DNA of 64,000 nucleotides from Chrysomallon squamiferum (GCA_012295275.1 CM022677.1:496001-560000), one strand, 5' to 3'; shown: positions 27,301-40,588, counted from the stretch's first letter. Made by a program: numbers and translations. The notes: generated by a model from the sequence alone, not told the origin.

Positions 27301-28940
27301 TTAAAGAGTACCATGCTTGGATATTTTTTATTAGTTATTTCTATCTTTATTCATTCTTCCGTTTTGTTCATTCGCTCGCCTGCTTCAATGTTTTCTTTCT
27401 TTTCTTTCTTTCCTTAGTTCTTTCGTTTCCACCTTTCTTTCTTTCTTTCTTTCTTTCCATATTTTCTATCTTTTGTTTCCTTTCTTTCATTCTTTCCATC
27501 ATTCTTTTTTTTCATATTATGATTGATTTATTATTTATTTATCATACATTTTTAATCAGTTCATACACTCTGCTCTCACTGACTGTTTATTTATGCTTTT
27601 GTAATCGAATTTTCTTTGTTATTTTCTTAATACCACTGAACACATCTCGCATGAGCTAGGCTATTGTAACTATACTAGTGAACACATCTCGCATAAGGGA
27701 GGCGAATCTAAACACCAGTGAACACATCTCACATAAGGGAGGCCACTCTAAATATAACAGTGAACACCTGTCTTTTTAATATTTTTCTTCAGTCTGTTAA
27801 TATTCCCTGTTTTCTTTCTCTGTAATCAAATGAAGAAATTCAGTATGGAAATTCTTAACCTGCTAATCAATACAGTCTACATATGATTTTAAATTTTATT
27901 TCGAATAAAAGCTGAACAGATTGCTGTGTTTAAAAAGTACCAGACTTCGATTTCTTTAGTTAATTATTTCAATCTTTATTCATTCTTCCGTTTTCTTCAT
28001 TCGCTAACCTGCTTCAATGTTTTCTTTCTTTTCTTTCTTTCCTTCGTTCTTATTTCTTTCTATCTTTACTTCTTTCTTTTCTTTCCATCTTTTCTATTTC
28101 CTTTCTTTCATTCTTTCCATCCTTCTTTATTTATTATTTCTCGTTATTTTTAATCAGTTCATACACTCTGCTCTCACTGACTGTTTATTTATGCCTCTGT
28201 AATCGATTTTTCTTTGTTATTTTCTTAATTCCAGTGAACACATCTCGCATGAGGTAGGCTATTGTAACTATACTAGTGAACAAATCTCGGATAAGGGTCG
28301 GCACTCTAAATAGACCAGTGAACACATCTCACATAAGGGAGGCGACTCTAAAAAGCAGTGAACACATCTCACATAAGGGAGGCCACTCTAAATATAGCAG
28401 TGAATACATCTCACATAAGGGAAGCCACTCTAAATATAGCAGTGAACACATCTCATGTAAGGGAAGCCACTCTAAATATACCAGTGAATACATTTCTCAT
28501 AAGGGAGGCCACTCTAAATTTACCAGTGAACACAACTCGCATAAATTTTATTTATTTTTCCTTCAGTCAGTGAGTATTCTCTCTTTTCTTTCTCAGAATT
28601 AAAAAATGAAAAAATTCAGTATGGAAATTCTTAATGTGCTAATCAATACATATATTTTATATTTTATTTTGGATAAATGCTGAAAAGAATGCTGCGTTTA
28701 AAGAGTACAACGCTTGGATATTTTTTATTAGTTATTTCTGTCTTTATTCATTCTTCCGTTTTGTTCATTCGCTCGCCTTCTTCAATGTTTTCTTTCTTTT
28801 CTTTCTTTCCTTCGTTCTTTCTTTTCTTTCTATCTTTAATTCTTTCTTTTCCACCTTTCTTTCTTTCTTTCTTTTTTTCCATATTTTCTATCGTTTGTTT
28901 TCTTTCTTTCATTCTTTCCATCATTGTTTTTTTTTCATAC
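24366..28940. repeat. Higher-order satellite: ~1435-bp dimer of two diverged ~0.65-0.8-kb monomers, each with a ~40-bp subrepeat array
   Basis: Identical translated blocks at 25089 and 26524 (offset 1435); subrepeat CAGTGAACACATCTCACATAAGGGAGGCCACTCTAAATATAC; about 6.3 monomers. Confidence 0.92.
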
Positions 28941-30707
28941 AACAGTTCAAAATTAGACATTTGTGAAACTCAAATGTAGAACTTTCGTCAAATTCAAAGA
29001 TTTTACATAATATTACAAACGTTCATTATGTTGTGATTTGTTCTTTTTAATCTTAATTACAGTCCATCCTCTTTATAATATTGACAGAAACTCTCATTTA
29101 ATTTTGGCATTACAAGGAGTTGGGTGATAAGTTTTCTGAGATGCTAACTTAAAGGATTTTAGGTAGTGCATATGTCATGTGACTAGTCTGAGTGGTATTA
29201 GTACCTGAAAGGGCAGCAGACTATAATAGCATCACGTGACAAGGTGTTAATTATCTCAGACAGCTTAACTATTAAATGACTATTCTGTATCCACAAGAGA
29301 ACAATAACACAAACACGAATTCAGTATGGATAATTGTTTTATATAATATATATATATATATGTGTTTTTACACAAATTAACCCTCAAGGGTAATATATAG
29401 TTACATAGTTAAATCGTACGATTCGACGATACGTTATCAAAGCAAATAGCGTTGACAAATAATACAAAACTAATTCAGCCCAGTTGGTTACTTGATCTTT
29501 CTAAATAATCTTTTAATTATTAAAATACGTTATCTTTGTTTTTATAAACGTAAGTACCACAGAATAACACTATGAAAAATTCAACAGTAATAGATTTAGC
29601 TATCTTCAATCATTCAAGATGTATGTTACATATACAAAACATTAAAACATAATTACCATTGTCTGCGTTTTCCTTTGTCTTGTGCAGACAAAGACTCTCA
29701 AGAATGGCACTGATCAAAGAGATCTCGTTCAATGGAATGGAATGGAAAAAAATTAACGTGCTAATCAGAGCAAGCTGTTGTGAAGCTTTCTGACAGGTCA
29801 GCGGGCGTGTCCGTCGCAGAAAAGAGTTTTGGGTAGGGAAAAGAATTGGTTCTCGCCACGATTGCAGGACACAAGGGAGTGTCCAGCATATCGGATCGTG
29901 ACGAGTCGGTACCGATGTTTCGCAGCCGCAATTCGCCCCCTGTGGTCTCCGGCACAATCTCTCAGCCATCACCGGGTCCGTGTTGTTTGCCGTCCTGGTT
30001 GTTCTGCTCTTGGCTGCTGTTGTTGTTTCTTTTTCTGTTTAAAAAAAAAAAGTTTAAAGTTTGTGTTTTGTGTTGAGAATGTAATTTGTTACTGCAGCGA
30101 GGACTAACTCTCTGTCTTTCATGTTTGGTGCCAGGATGTGTTGGAGCGTGAACTCGATTTTTAGTTCCTCCAGTGTATTGCGTAGTGCTTGTCTTTCCTT
30201 GGCAAAATTTGGACAGTGAAACAAGTAGTGTTTCATGGTTTCTGAGAGTCCACAACTGCAGTTGGGTGATGTGGTGATGTTATGTTTGTATCGAATTGCG
30301 TTTAGATTGGTTGAGTAACCAATTCTGGCTTTGGTGAGATTGTTGTTGTGTAGTTTGTTGGTGAGTGTGATTTTTTAGGGTGTTTTGGCGAATGGTTTGA
30401 TGTTTAAGTGCCATTTGTTTTTGGTGTTGTTCCATTCGTTTTGCCATTGTTTGTCGTAATGTTTGGCAGCGATGGAGACAATTTCGTTTATTCCGTAATG
30501 TATGTCTGTGCAGATGTCTTCGTCTTTAATGCTGAGTGACTCTTTGGCGTAGTGGTCGGCAAGTTCGTTACCGATGATGCCGACGTGTGCTGGGAGCCAC
30601 TCCATGGTTAGTTCTTTCTTGTTGTGTTGTATGTCCTCGTGTAGTTGTTGTATTTTGCTGAGCAGGTCTGGTCTGCTGGAACTTCCGGATTGTATTGAGA
30701 TCACGGA

Positions 30708-31216
30708 ACTTTATTGTTGTTATTTCCTTACCTGTTCGCCCCGCTCAGCACGCACTCGGCTCGGCGTACGGGAGGAAGGGAAATACCTTCGGGTTTGATC
30801 AGTCCGGAGTTGTTGTTATTGTTATTGTTATTGTTATTGTTGTTGTTATTGTTGTTGTTGTTATTGTTGTTGTTGTTGTTGTTTATTTATTATTATTTTT
30901 ATTTTTATTTTTTTATTTATTTTCATTTATTTATTTTATTATTTTTTTTTTATTTATTTTTATTTTTTTATTTTTTTTATTTTATTTATTTATTTATTTA
31001 TTTTTTATTTTTTATTTTTTTATTATTATTATTATTTTGTTGAATTTTATTTATTTTATTTTTTATTTTTTTTTTTTTTTTTTTTACTATTTCTTTTTCT
31101 CATGTTTTTTTTTTTTATTTTTTATTTATTTTATTTTATTTTATTTTATTTTTATTTATTTATTTATTTATTTTTTTTTTTTTGTTTGTTTATTTATTCA
31201 TTTCTTTATTAATGTT

Positions 31217-31256
<40 letters not shown>

Positions 31257-32068
31257 TTTATTTTTTTAGTCATTTAGCTAAAAGTGAAATTGTCATCGGT
31301 AAACAAACCGGGACCCAACAAACAAACATTCATCTCAGCGCTGCCATGGGAACCGTGTGTTTATGTTTGTGCGACCGTGTCTGCGTGCGTGCGTGCGAAA
31401 TTATGATGATATATATCTATGTATTGTATTGTATTGTATTGTATTGTGTGTGTGTGTGTGTGTGCAACAACAACAACGTGCGTGCGTGCGTCGGTTTGAA
31501 AAAATAACTGTCTTCCAATGTAAAACTGAATTGGCACATCACGACGGCGCGATTATTAATGCATTTCAATTTCAATGTTTCCTTTTTATTTTTTTTTTAT
31601 TTTTTTTTTTTTTAGTCATTTAGAAAATAAGTAAGTAAATGGCTTTTTTTTTTTCTTCTCTCGTCCGCCGAGTGGAGTGCAGTCGACCCGACCCGACCTG
31701 ACCCGACCCGACCCTACCCGAGTGTAGCCGAACGGAGCTGAGCTGAGATCGGTTCCCATGGCAACGGTGAGATGAACGTTAGAAAACTGGGTCTCGGTAC
31801 TCGCTACCGATGTCAATTTCGCCTTAAACACTGCACAAAAATTAAGAATAAAAAAAAAAAAAATAAAATAAAAAATTATTGACAGTGACACTTTACAGTC
31901 CATCACCACGAAAGACGAAATGCTGTTCACAACAACAACAACAACAACAGCAGCAGCACCACCACCACCACCACCACCAACAACAACAACAGCAATAATG
32001 CTAATTTCGTGCAAAATGACTCGTGAACACAGGATAAGTACGAAACCTTTCTATTATTATCATTACCG

Positions 32069-32158
<90 letters not shown>

Positions 32159-32492
32159 TATTAGTTACCGTTAGATTTTATTATTATAGAACGTAGATGC
32201 ACAGACACACACACACACGCATGGCGCTTTCTTTCTTTCTTTCTTTCTTTCTTTGAGTAGAAGAAGAACAAGAAGATCGAATACTGCCAGCGCTTTATTT
32301 TTCTTTTTTTATTTCTTTCTTTTTCTTTTCTTTTCTTTTATTATTTTTTTTTATTTTTTTTTTTTTTTTTTTAATTCTTTTTTTTCTTTTTTTTTTTTCT
32401 TTTTTTTTCCTCATGTTTTTATCTTATTTTTTTTTTTTTTTCATGTTTTTATTTTAAGTTTTACATATTTTATTTTATTTTTTCTTTTTTTC

Positions 32493-32535
<43 letters not shown>

Positions 32536-33116
32536 GCCATCGTCATCGTTATTTAGCGCACGCAATAAGAACAACAAAGATAAATAGACCTCGGTTCGTT
32601 AAAGCGATCGTCTACGGCCACACCACGTTGAAAACACCGGTTCTCGTCCGATCACCGAAGTTAAGCAACGCAGGGCTCGGACAGTACTTGGATGGGTGAC
32701 CGCCTGGGAACACCGAGTGCCGTAGACACGCCTCTTTTTTCTTTTCTTTTCTTTCTTTCTTTTTCTTTTCTTTTCTTTTTTCTTTCTTTTTCTTTCTTTT
32801 TTCTTTCTTTCTTTCTTTCTTTCTTTTTATTTTTCTTTCTTTTTTCTTCAACAGCAAGAGCCAATTGACATCGGTAGCGAGTGTGTGTGCGTGGGCGCAG
32901 GTTTTGGAGTGACCGTGTTGTGTATGTCTGATTGTGTGTGTACGTATGTTTGTTATTTCAGAACGCGCCTGTGTGTGTGCGTGCGTGTGTGTTGTGTGTG
33001 CGTGTGTGCGCGTGCCGGTTCGAAAAAGGTATCTTCCAACGTAAAATTGAATTGCGAGATCACGACGGCGCGATAATTAATGTATTTTCATTTCGATTTT
33101 ATTATCATCATCATCA

Positions 33117-33163
<47 letters not shown>

Positions 33164-33250
33164 GCCATCGTTATCGTTGTCGTTATTCAGCGCACGCAAT
33201 AAGAAAGAACGAAGATAAATAGACGTCGGTTCGTCTTTTTTTTTTTTTTT

Positions 33251-33282
<32 letters not shown>

Positions 33283-33449
33283 CAAATTTTCAGGCACTGC
33301 CGGACAATTCGGCAGTTGCCTCATCTATTGACGAATAACCTACCCATTTACAATTGACCAGGTTCTCTTCGAACATTAAAAATGATTAAATTCTGTCTTA
33401 ATTGAAAATAACGACGATTACGATTTAATTTATAAAATGATCAGACACG

Positions 33450-33481
<32 letters not shown>

Positions 33482-33970
33482 GCAGTTAGTCCGAAAACAT
33501 CTTTACGAATGGAAGATCGAGCCCACTCCACAGACGACAGTGTGCCTAGTGTGCGTCGGTGCCGTGGACTCGGTCTTGCATGCGTTTTTTTGTTCACTGC
33601 AGCAAAACTAACTCATTTATTAAACGTATTGAACCCTGTTGAAAAAAAAAAAAAAAAAAAAAAAAAAAAACACAACAATTTTTTGGCAGCACCAAGTTCA
33701 AACTAAATCCATATAGAATGATTTTTGGAATCAAGCACACAAACGTGGCGGCGGCAACTTTGCATCGAATTTAGAGATTATTTTTCTCTCGTAATTTCGA
33801 CGACTACACGAAACGAGAATTATTAGAGGGAGATAAGCCGTGTAAGGAAATGAAGGCTGCGAGAGTGGACGGATGAAACCCGATGTGTTTTTTCCTTTTC
33901 TCTCGTCATATATATATATATATATATTTTTATTTTTTTTTTTTAATATTTATTTCTTTATTTCTTTATT

Positions 33971-34033
<63 letters not shown>

Positions 34034-34117
34034 TTGTATGTCTGATTGTGTGTGTACGTATGTTATTTCAGCTCGCGCCTGACCTGTGTGTGTGTTATTT
34101 CCAGTCTGTGTGTCTGT

Positions 34118-34174
<57 letters not shown>

Positions 34175-34381
34175 TGTGTGTGTGTGTGTGTGTGTGTCTG
34201 TGTGTGTGTCTGTGTGTGTGTGTCGTGCGTGTGTGTGTGCGTGCGTGTGTGTGTGCGTGCGTGCGTGCGGTTTGAAAAAGGTATCTTCCAACGTAAAATT
34301 GAATTGCGAGATCACGACGGCGCGATGGTGAATGTATTTTCATTTCGATTTTGTTGTTGTTGTTGTTATTACCTTATTGTA
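30708..34381 (+). other. 5S-rDNA-bearing segment inserted in the LINE RNase H coding region
   Basis: Flanked by TCCGGATTGTATTGAGATCACGGA (30684-30707) and TCCGGAcTGTATTGAGATC(AGATC)ACGGA (34382-34410); the LINE sequence resumes on the other side. Confidence 0.85.
32610..32728 (+). rRNA. 5S: 5S ribosomal RNA gene
   Basis: GTCTACGGCCACACCACGTTG..AGTTAAGCAACG (box A)..GTACTTGGATGGGTGACCGCCTGGGAA (box C)..CCGTAGACA; 119 nt with paired termini, T-run terminator at 32735-32740 and AT-rich GATAAATA about 30 bp upstream. Confidence 0.97.
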
Positions 34382-37300
34382 TCCGGACTGTATTGAGATC
34401 AGATCACGGACTGTCCGAGAATATGACTGTGTGTTTGTTGTTGTTGTGTTTTACCCACAGCATGGCTCTGATGATGGCTACCAATTCGGCCGTATACACC
34501 GAAAGGTGATTTCTGATACGGCCGAATTGTATGCATGTGGGTTTGTTTGTGTGATCTTGGGCTATGAAGGCGAATCCTACTCTCCCGTTGTCTGGGTTTT
34601 TGGATCCGTCAGTGTAGATGTGCGTGTGTTGTTTGTAGTGGTCGTTTGCTGCTGCCAAAAAAATGGCTTTTTTGAACGGTGGGATCTCTGTTTTGTCAGT
34701 TTCTCTTTTGATCAGGAAAGGTGTGTTTATTGTTGGTTTTGTTTCTTTGTGGTATGCCGGCAGTGGCATTTCCCCTATTCCTGTTTCCCTTTCGATTTCG
34801 CTAGCTGTTGTCGGGAAATTCGATAGCAGTAGACTATGCGATTTAAAGAGTTGTCCTATCCTTTGTTGGTCGGGGACCAGATCCTTGACCGGGTGGTCTG
34901 TGTTGAGTGTGTGTATTTTCAGGTTGTATTTTAGTAGCTGCAGTTTTCTTCTGTATTTTAATGATTGGATGCTGTATTCCGACAGGAGGCTGTCGGATGG
35001 TGTTGTGTTTGGCAGGTGGCCGATCACCCTGAGGGCACTTGATTGAATTGTGTCTAGTTTTTTTAAATAGAGTTTGGGAGCATTCGAGTAAGCCGTGGCT
35101 CCGTAGTCGAGCTTGGAGAGAATACACGCTTTGTGTATCAAAATCAGCGTTGACTCGTTTGCTCCCCAACTGGTTCCGGAAATTAACTTTAGAAGATTGA
35201 TTGTTTTTTTGCAGGATGCAATTATGTTGTGTATGTGGCATCGGAAGTTGAAATTTGAATGTCTTTGTTTGTGTTATGACGTTGTTCTCGATGTTGAGTG
35301 TGATCTTGCGGTTGTCTGATTTCTTGTTGAAAAGGAGGCATGTTGTTTTGGAAAGAGAAATCTTTTTGCCCCATTTCAACATCCAGTCGTTTATGTTGTT
35401 TAAGTGTTTTTGTATTTGTTTCTGTATTCCTGCGGTCGATCTGCCTGCACACCAAAAGGCGCAGTCGTCTGCAAAAAGTGCTGTATTTATTGGTTCCTTT
35501 GGTGGATTTCTGGCGTTGTCTTGTTTGTCGAGTGCTGTGACGATGTCGTTGATGTAGATGTTGAAGAGTGTTGGCGAGATCACGGATCCTTGGGGGATGC
35601 CGTTTTCGATTGTCGTTTTCTCTGAGGTGTGACCGTTTACTTTGACTGCTATGGTTCTGTTGTTAAGAAAGTCTTTGATAAAGTTGAAGATGTTGCCTTT
35701 GATGTTGTTGTTGATTAATTTAACGAGCAGTCCTTTCCTCCATACCATGTCGAATGCTTTTTCAAAAACTGCTCTGACTTTTTTTGATTTTCTAAAAGAT
35801 TGGTTGATGGATGTTTGCAGGCAGGTGATCTGGTCGTTTGTGCTGTGTTTCTTCGTGAAGCCGCTTTGAAATTTGCTGATTAAATTGTTGTCGTTTAAAT
35901 GCTGTGTTGATCATTGTTTCCAATGTTTTGCAAATGTGTGACGTCAGCGTGATCGGCCTGTAGCTGTTGGGTGTTGTGACAGTTGATATCGCCCACTATA
36001 ATGACATTGTTATTTGTTGTGATCATTTTGTTTAAGTCGTGGGTTTGAATGGTGTGTAGTGCGGGAGTGGGTGGGCTGTATACGTTAATTATGTCGATGT
36101 TTTGATTGTTGTTGTGTAGCTGGTGTGACACTTTGTATTTCTATGTTGGCGTGAACTTTGGCTTGGTTTTGTTGTGATCATTTTTCTTTAAGTCGTCGGT
36201 TTTGAATGGTGTGTTGCGGGAGTGAGTGGAATGTCTTGTTTGACGAGAGTCATGATGTCTCCCCGGGTGCTGTTGTATCTGTTGACGTAATGACTTTGGT
36301 ACCCGGGGACCTTAAAGGTTTTTGTTGTTTTGTTGTTTTTGTTGGAATGTCCCAGCCATGTTTCTTGAATACATATTATGTCCGGTGTGTTTGTAGTGGA
36401 GGCCAGGAAGTGTAGTAATTCGTCTCCGTGGCCTGTTGAGTGAAGACTTTAGCGTTCATTGAAGAACGGAGAGGCCTGTGTTCTTGTGTGCTTATCGTGA
36501 AGAGTTTGTAAATGGCTGTTACTGTTTGTTTTGTTTTGTTTTTGTTCACTGTTGTTTGGTGTTTGTGGAATTTCTCCTGTCTGTGTGTAGTTTTAGTCTT
36601 TTGTCGTTTGTGTGTATTTTGAAGCCCAGGCTGTCTTCAATTATTTGGCTACTGTGTGTTCCAAATTGGCGTCGTCATTGCCGTTTCCTTGATTGGTTCT
36701 GATGTTTTGAAGCTCTATCAAGAGGCAGACAATGATTTTATGGATTTCTGCGATCCTGACCTCCTTGTCCAGATTGTCTGTCGGTTTGTTGTTGTGTTGG
36801 TCCATTTTTTCCATGATGGTTTTGGTTTTTTGTTCCATTTTCTGGCATTTTTGTTGATATTTTGTAAGATTTTGTTGTCTCTCCTGTTGTGTTCAAAGTT
36901 GTTGTTTGCTTTTATTTTGGCTGGGCACATCTTGTAGTGTGATTCGTGTGGCCCCTGGCAATTTGCGCATTTTGCCAGAGACCGGCATAGGCCTGAGTTT
37001 CTGTGGTGATTTCCACCGCAGAAACTACACGTTAAATGTTTCGGGTTGTGTCTGTGGGTGCACTGGTTTGTGATGTGCCCCCATTTCTGACAGTGGCCGC
37101 ACTTGGGCAACTGCGGCCTCATTTCTGCCAGTGTATATTTGTAGCCATCAATGGTGATGGTTGTGTTCGTTAATTTGCTGTTAAACGTCAGTGTGGTCCA
37201 GTAATTTGGCTTTTTCCACATTTCCACACCGACTAGTGTTGAATTTGTTTGTTGTACTAGTTCTTTGTTGAACATTTCAAAGAAATCTAGTTTGTTTGAA

Positions 37301-40300
37301 TAGGGGTAATAAAAACCCAAATCTTTTGAAATGTATTTATATATTGTTGTATCTTTTGCTTTTGTTGTTTGTTTAGGTTGATGTTGTTGTTGTTTCGTAA
37401 TTGGTAGTTGTTTTGGCTGCTGTTGTGTGAGCAGTGTTTTTCTGGGTTGTGGTGTGGGTGTTTTTTTCTGTGTCTGTTTTGTGTCAGGGATTATTTTTGG
37501 TAAAACCCTGACAACAAATGTTTCGTCCCAGATGGTAATGTTGGGACCGATTGTTTTAAGTGTTTTTCTATCTACTTCGAAGTAGATTTCTTTTCCGTTT
37601 TGATTATTGTTCACTTTTGTTGTTTTATCAATAATGTGTATTTGCGCTTCTAGTAAGTAGCGCAACTTTTTGTCGATGTTTGAGTGGTTTTTTGTGTGTA
37701 TTGCAATGGTGGTTCGGCTGTGGGTATGTTTTGTTTTTTTTTTTTTAATTATTTTCCAAGCGTTTTGTTCGCTTTCGTCTTCCGTGTCTGTTTCCCGTAG
37801 CCTTGCCAAAATGTGTAGATTTCTGTTGATAATTTTTTGTTCTTCTGTTACTTCTGTGTCCGAATGTGTGTGTTGGACTGTGTTGTCGTTTTTTTTTTTT
37901 TTTTCTGTTGTGTGTTTTTTCGACGGAGCTAGGGCTCCTGTCCCTGGGTCGTTTTGGAACTCTAGTTTCCATGTCTGAATTATCTGTTCCTGAGCTGTAC
38001 ATTTTCATGTTTTTTGTTGCCATGTTTGTTGTGTAAATGTATGGGTTGTTGTTGTTTTGTTGTTATTGTTTTTGTTTGTTTTTTAAATATACTTGGATTT
38101 TTTAAATATATAGACAATTCTATATTAATTCAAAAAAAGACTAAAGCTAACGCAACTCACTTTCAGATCGAGATAAAGATAAGATATATCGGTTATTTAA
38201 GATACCGGAAAGTAAAAGACAAAAGACGAACAAACAGTAAAAAAAAAAAAAAAAAAAAAAGTAATAAAAGTAACAATAATACAAAAGCCTACAAATAATA
38301 TAAATAAGAATTTAAGTCTAAATAAATAAAGAAAATGGTACAGTATCTTTTTCGTTTCTGAATTCCGCTCAGTAAGCACAATCCGTCCGTTAGTATTCTT
38401 CACAGCTTCTCTTCCGGGCTTGCACCATGTCGACCATCACGGTGGAGAGTCTGTTGTGAGATATTCGATCTCGTTCAAAACGCGTGCCGCTACTTATACA
38501 CCAATAGCTACAGCTCTGCAGATAGCCTTTCTGAATTTACTTTGAAGCTTTTAATACCAATTTTCAGTTACTTAAACCCCAGTGTTTCTTAGTTTATTAA
38601 ATAACGGAACTTCCCCTAATTATATAAAACAGCTTCTTAATAGCCCGTGTACATCTGCATACGCTCTGCTATTTAGTTTTTGTGTATTTAACCCTATTTT
38701 CTGTCATTAATTACGTAAAGAGTTAAGGACTGTAAAAATATAAATTATAAACATGATTATACAAGATAACTAAATAAATATTATCGTAATATAATAAGAT
38801 ATTTAAGATAAAATGTAGCAGACATTCTGCTTTAAGGGGCATATAAAAATAAAGATTTAGTGAATATTCTATAATTCACTTCAAAGACAACAAAATTACA
38901 ATTAAAAACAAGTCTGCCAAAGAGGCACTAATGAGGTTGTCACACCGTACCAAGCTGAATAGCAGTGAAAGTTATTTTTATTTTAGTTTTTTTTAAATAT
39001 AGCTGCATAGAAAATACAAACTTTACTGATGAAATACGACACAAAATGAAAACTGGTTTGCTTTATGACTGCAGATGAATGAAACTGGCTGATGGTATAA
39101 ATCGGGTAATTTTACAATGCGTATTAATTAGAGTATGTTTAAATACTGCTGTTCACAAATGTGTTATGATGGTTCACTGTGGAGTGTTATAAAGAGACGA
39201 CTGTCACGGGGCTCACACCTTTAAACACCTTGGATGTTTTATTAAGGCTCAGTGTACGGTAACAAGGTGCTTTAATGGCCACCTAACAAGGAATATAAAC
39301 GCTAAAATGACAGCAAACTATATAAATCAGTAAGTCTACCTATCCACTATACAAGTTAAGGTTTACATTAATTATTTAATTATGATATACAGGTGACTTG
39401 ATAATAATACATTATAAAACATACGTTTAAATCATTTTGATTAATGATACGAGTAAGGTTATAAAAAGGAACCAAGACAAAATAAGAATCTGCACGGAGG
39501 ACAGATTAAAACCTTAAATTTTTGGGTATAATTAATAAATTTTATTGACACAGGTTAATTGCACATTACACCCTATCAAAATAAGAATAGACAATTGCTT
39601 ACCATACTCGACCGTAAAGAAAATGTCATTCGAAAACATTTGGTTTCCCCGCCTGACTGAATTCTCGTCTTCACCGTTTCCTTCGCTTACTTCTCTCCTT
39701 AATTACTAAAAGCCAGCCTTTTTTAATAACAACGCCATGGAGTTGAAAAATTTGCGGAAACAATAAAAAGAGCGATGTGATTGTAGTAATAATTAAAGTT
39801 AAGCAATTTCAATTCCATAGCTTAAAATAAAAGAGCGGATGTGATTTGAAGTAACAATTAAAGTTAAGCAATCTGAATTCCGTGACACTATATCAACATT
39901 ATGACAGAAATTTGGTAGTAAATAACTAACTGTTAGTATATACAGTTACTAATAAGACTGCAAACAGAGTGGGAAAAAACACCCAGATACTGTTTCGTTT
40001 AATTTTGACAATTGTTTTCTTTCTTTTTTTAAACTACGCAGGATTTGATGACATTCTACACAGACATGCCAGCACATAAATAATTTTTATTATTAATAAC
40101 CATCTACTTTCTCTCTTCAAGGAAATAAATTTTAATAATATCTTCCTGTAAAATGATGTCATTCCAGATTTTTTTTTTAATTTGTTCCTTATTATTATTT
40201 ATTATCTTTGTTGTTGTTTGTTTGTTCGATTTAACTCGTTTCGATAATCCATTTGGTGTCCAAAAGTTGTTACAAAATATTGATAAAGTCAAAAAAAAAA

Positions 40301-40404
40301 AAAGGAAGCTCAAATCTGCGACGAGGGCATTTTACATAACCAATAAACTAATGTTTACAAATCGTATGTAATTTTTACAGACATACAGACAAACAGTGAA
40401 ATAC

Positions 40405-40545
40405 CTAAATGGAGAAGTTCTGATATCATGGCAACATCATGTGTATATCGTCTGCTGGGCTGCGAGAGAATTACAACTTTTGTGTTTTCCAGATCTGGTA
40501 TGAAATGAAGTGGGATCACTTCTCCCCATCTTAATATGTGCCAAA

Positions 40546-40588
<43 letters not shown>

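Larger units (their letters stand above)
29733..38466 (-). mobile_element. I-group non-LTR retrotransposon with both ends present (decayed), interrupted by a 3.7-kb insert
   Basis: 12-bp TSD GATCTCGTTCAA at 29721-29732 and 38467-38478. ORF1 ~38023-36640 with CCHC knuckles; APE; RT (34843-35748); RNase H split (YTDGS..FSDS / WLPAHVGIIGNELADHYAK); C-terminal CxC..H..C; (TTCCA)n tail. Confidence 0.92.

Noticed and set aside
24720-28545. ~40-bp repeats as a CRISPR array or C2H2 zinc-finger gene (CEMC motifs on the minus strand)
   Set aside because: No unique spacers, no cas genes, eukaryotic context; variable unit length breaks the frame and there is no HxxxH/TGEKP pattern.
30721-30740. CTTACCTG as a U1 snRNA 5' end
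   Set aside because: Downstream sequence does not match U1 stem-loops or its Sm site.
30695-34396. Long low-complexity ORFs (poly-F/Y/V, CV and HT repeats), also at 4414-4914, 18939-19253, 21639-21981 and 61952-62630
   Set aside because: Translations of microsatellites with no coding signal.
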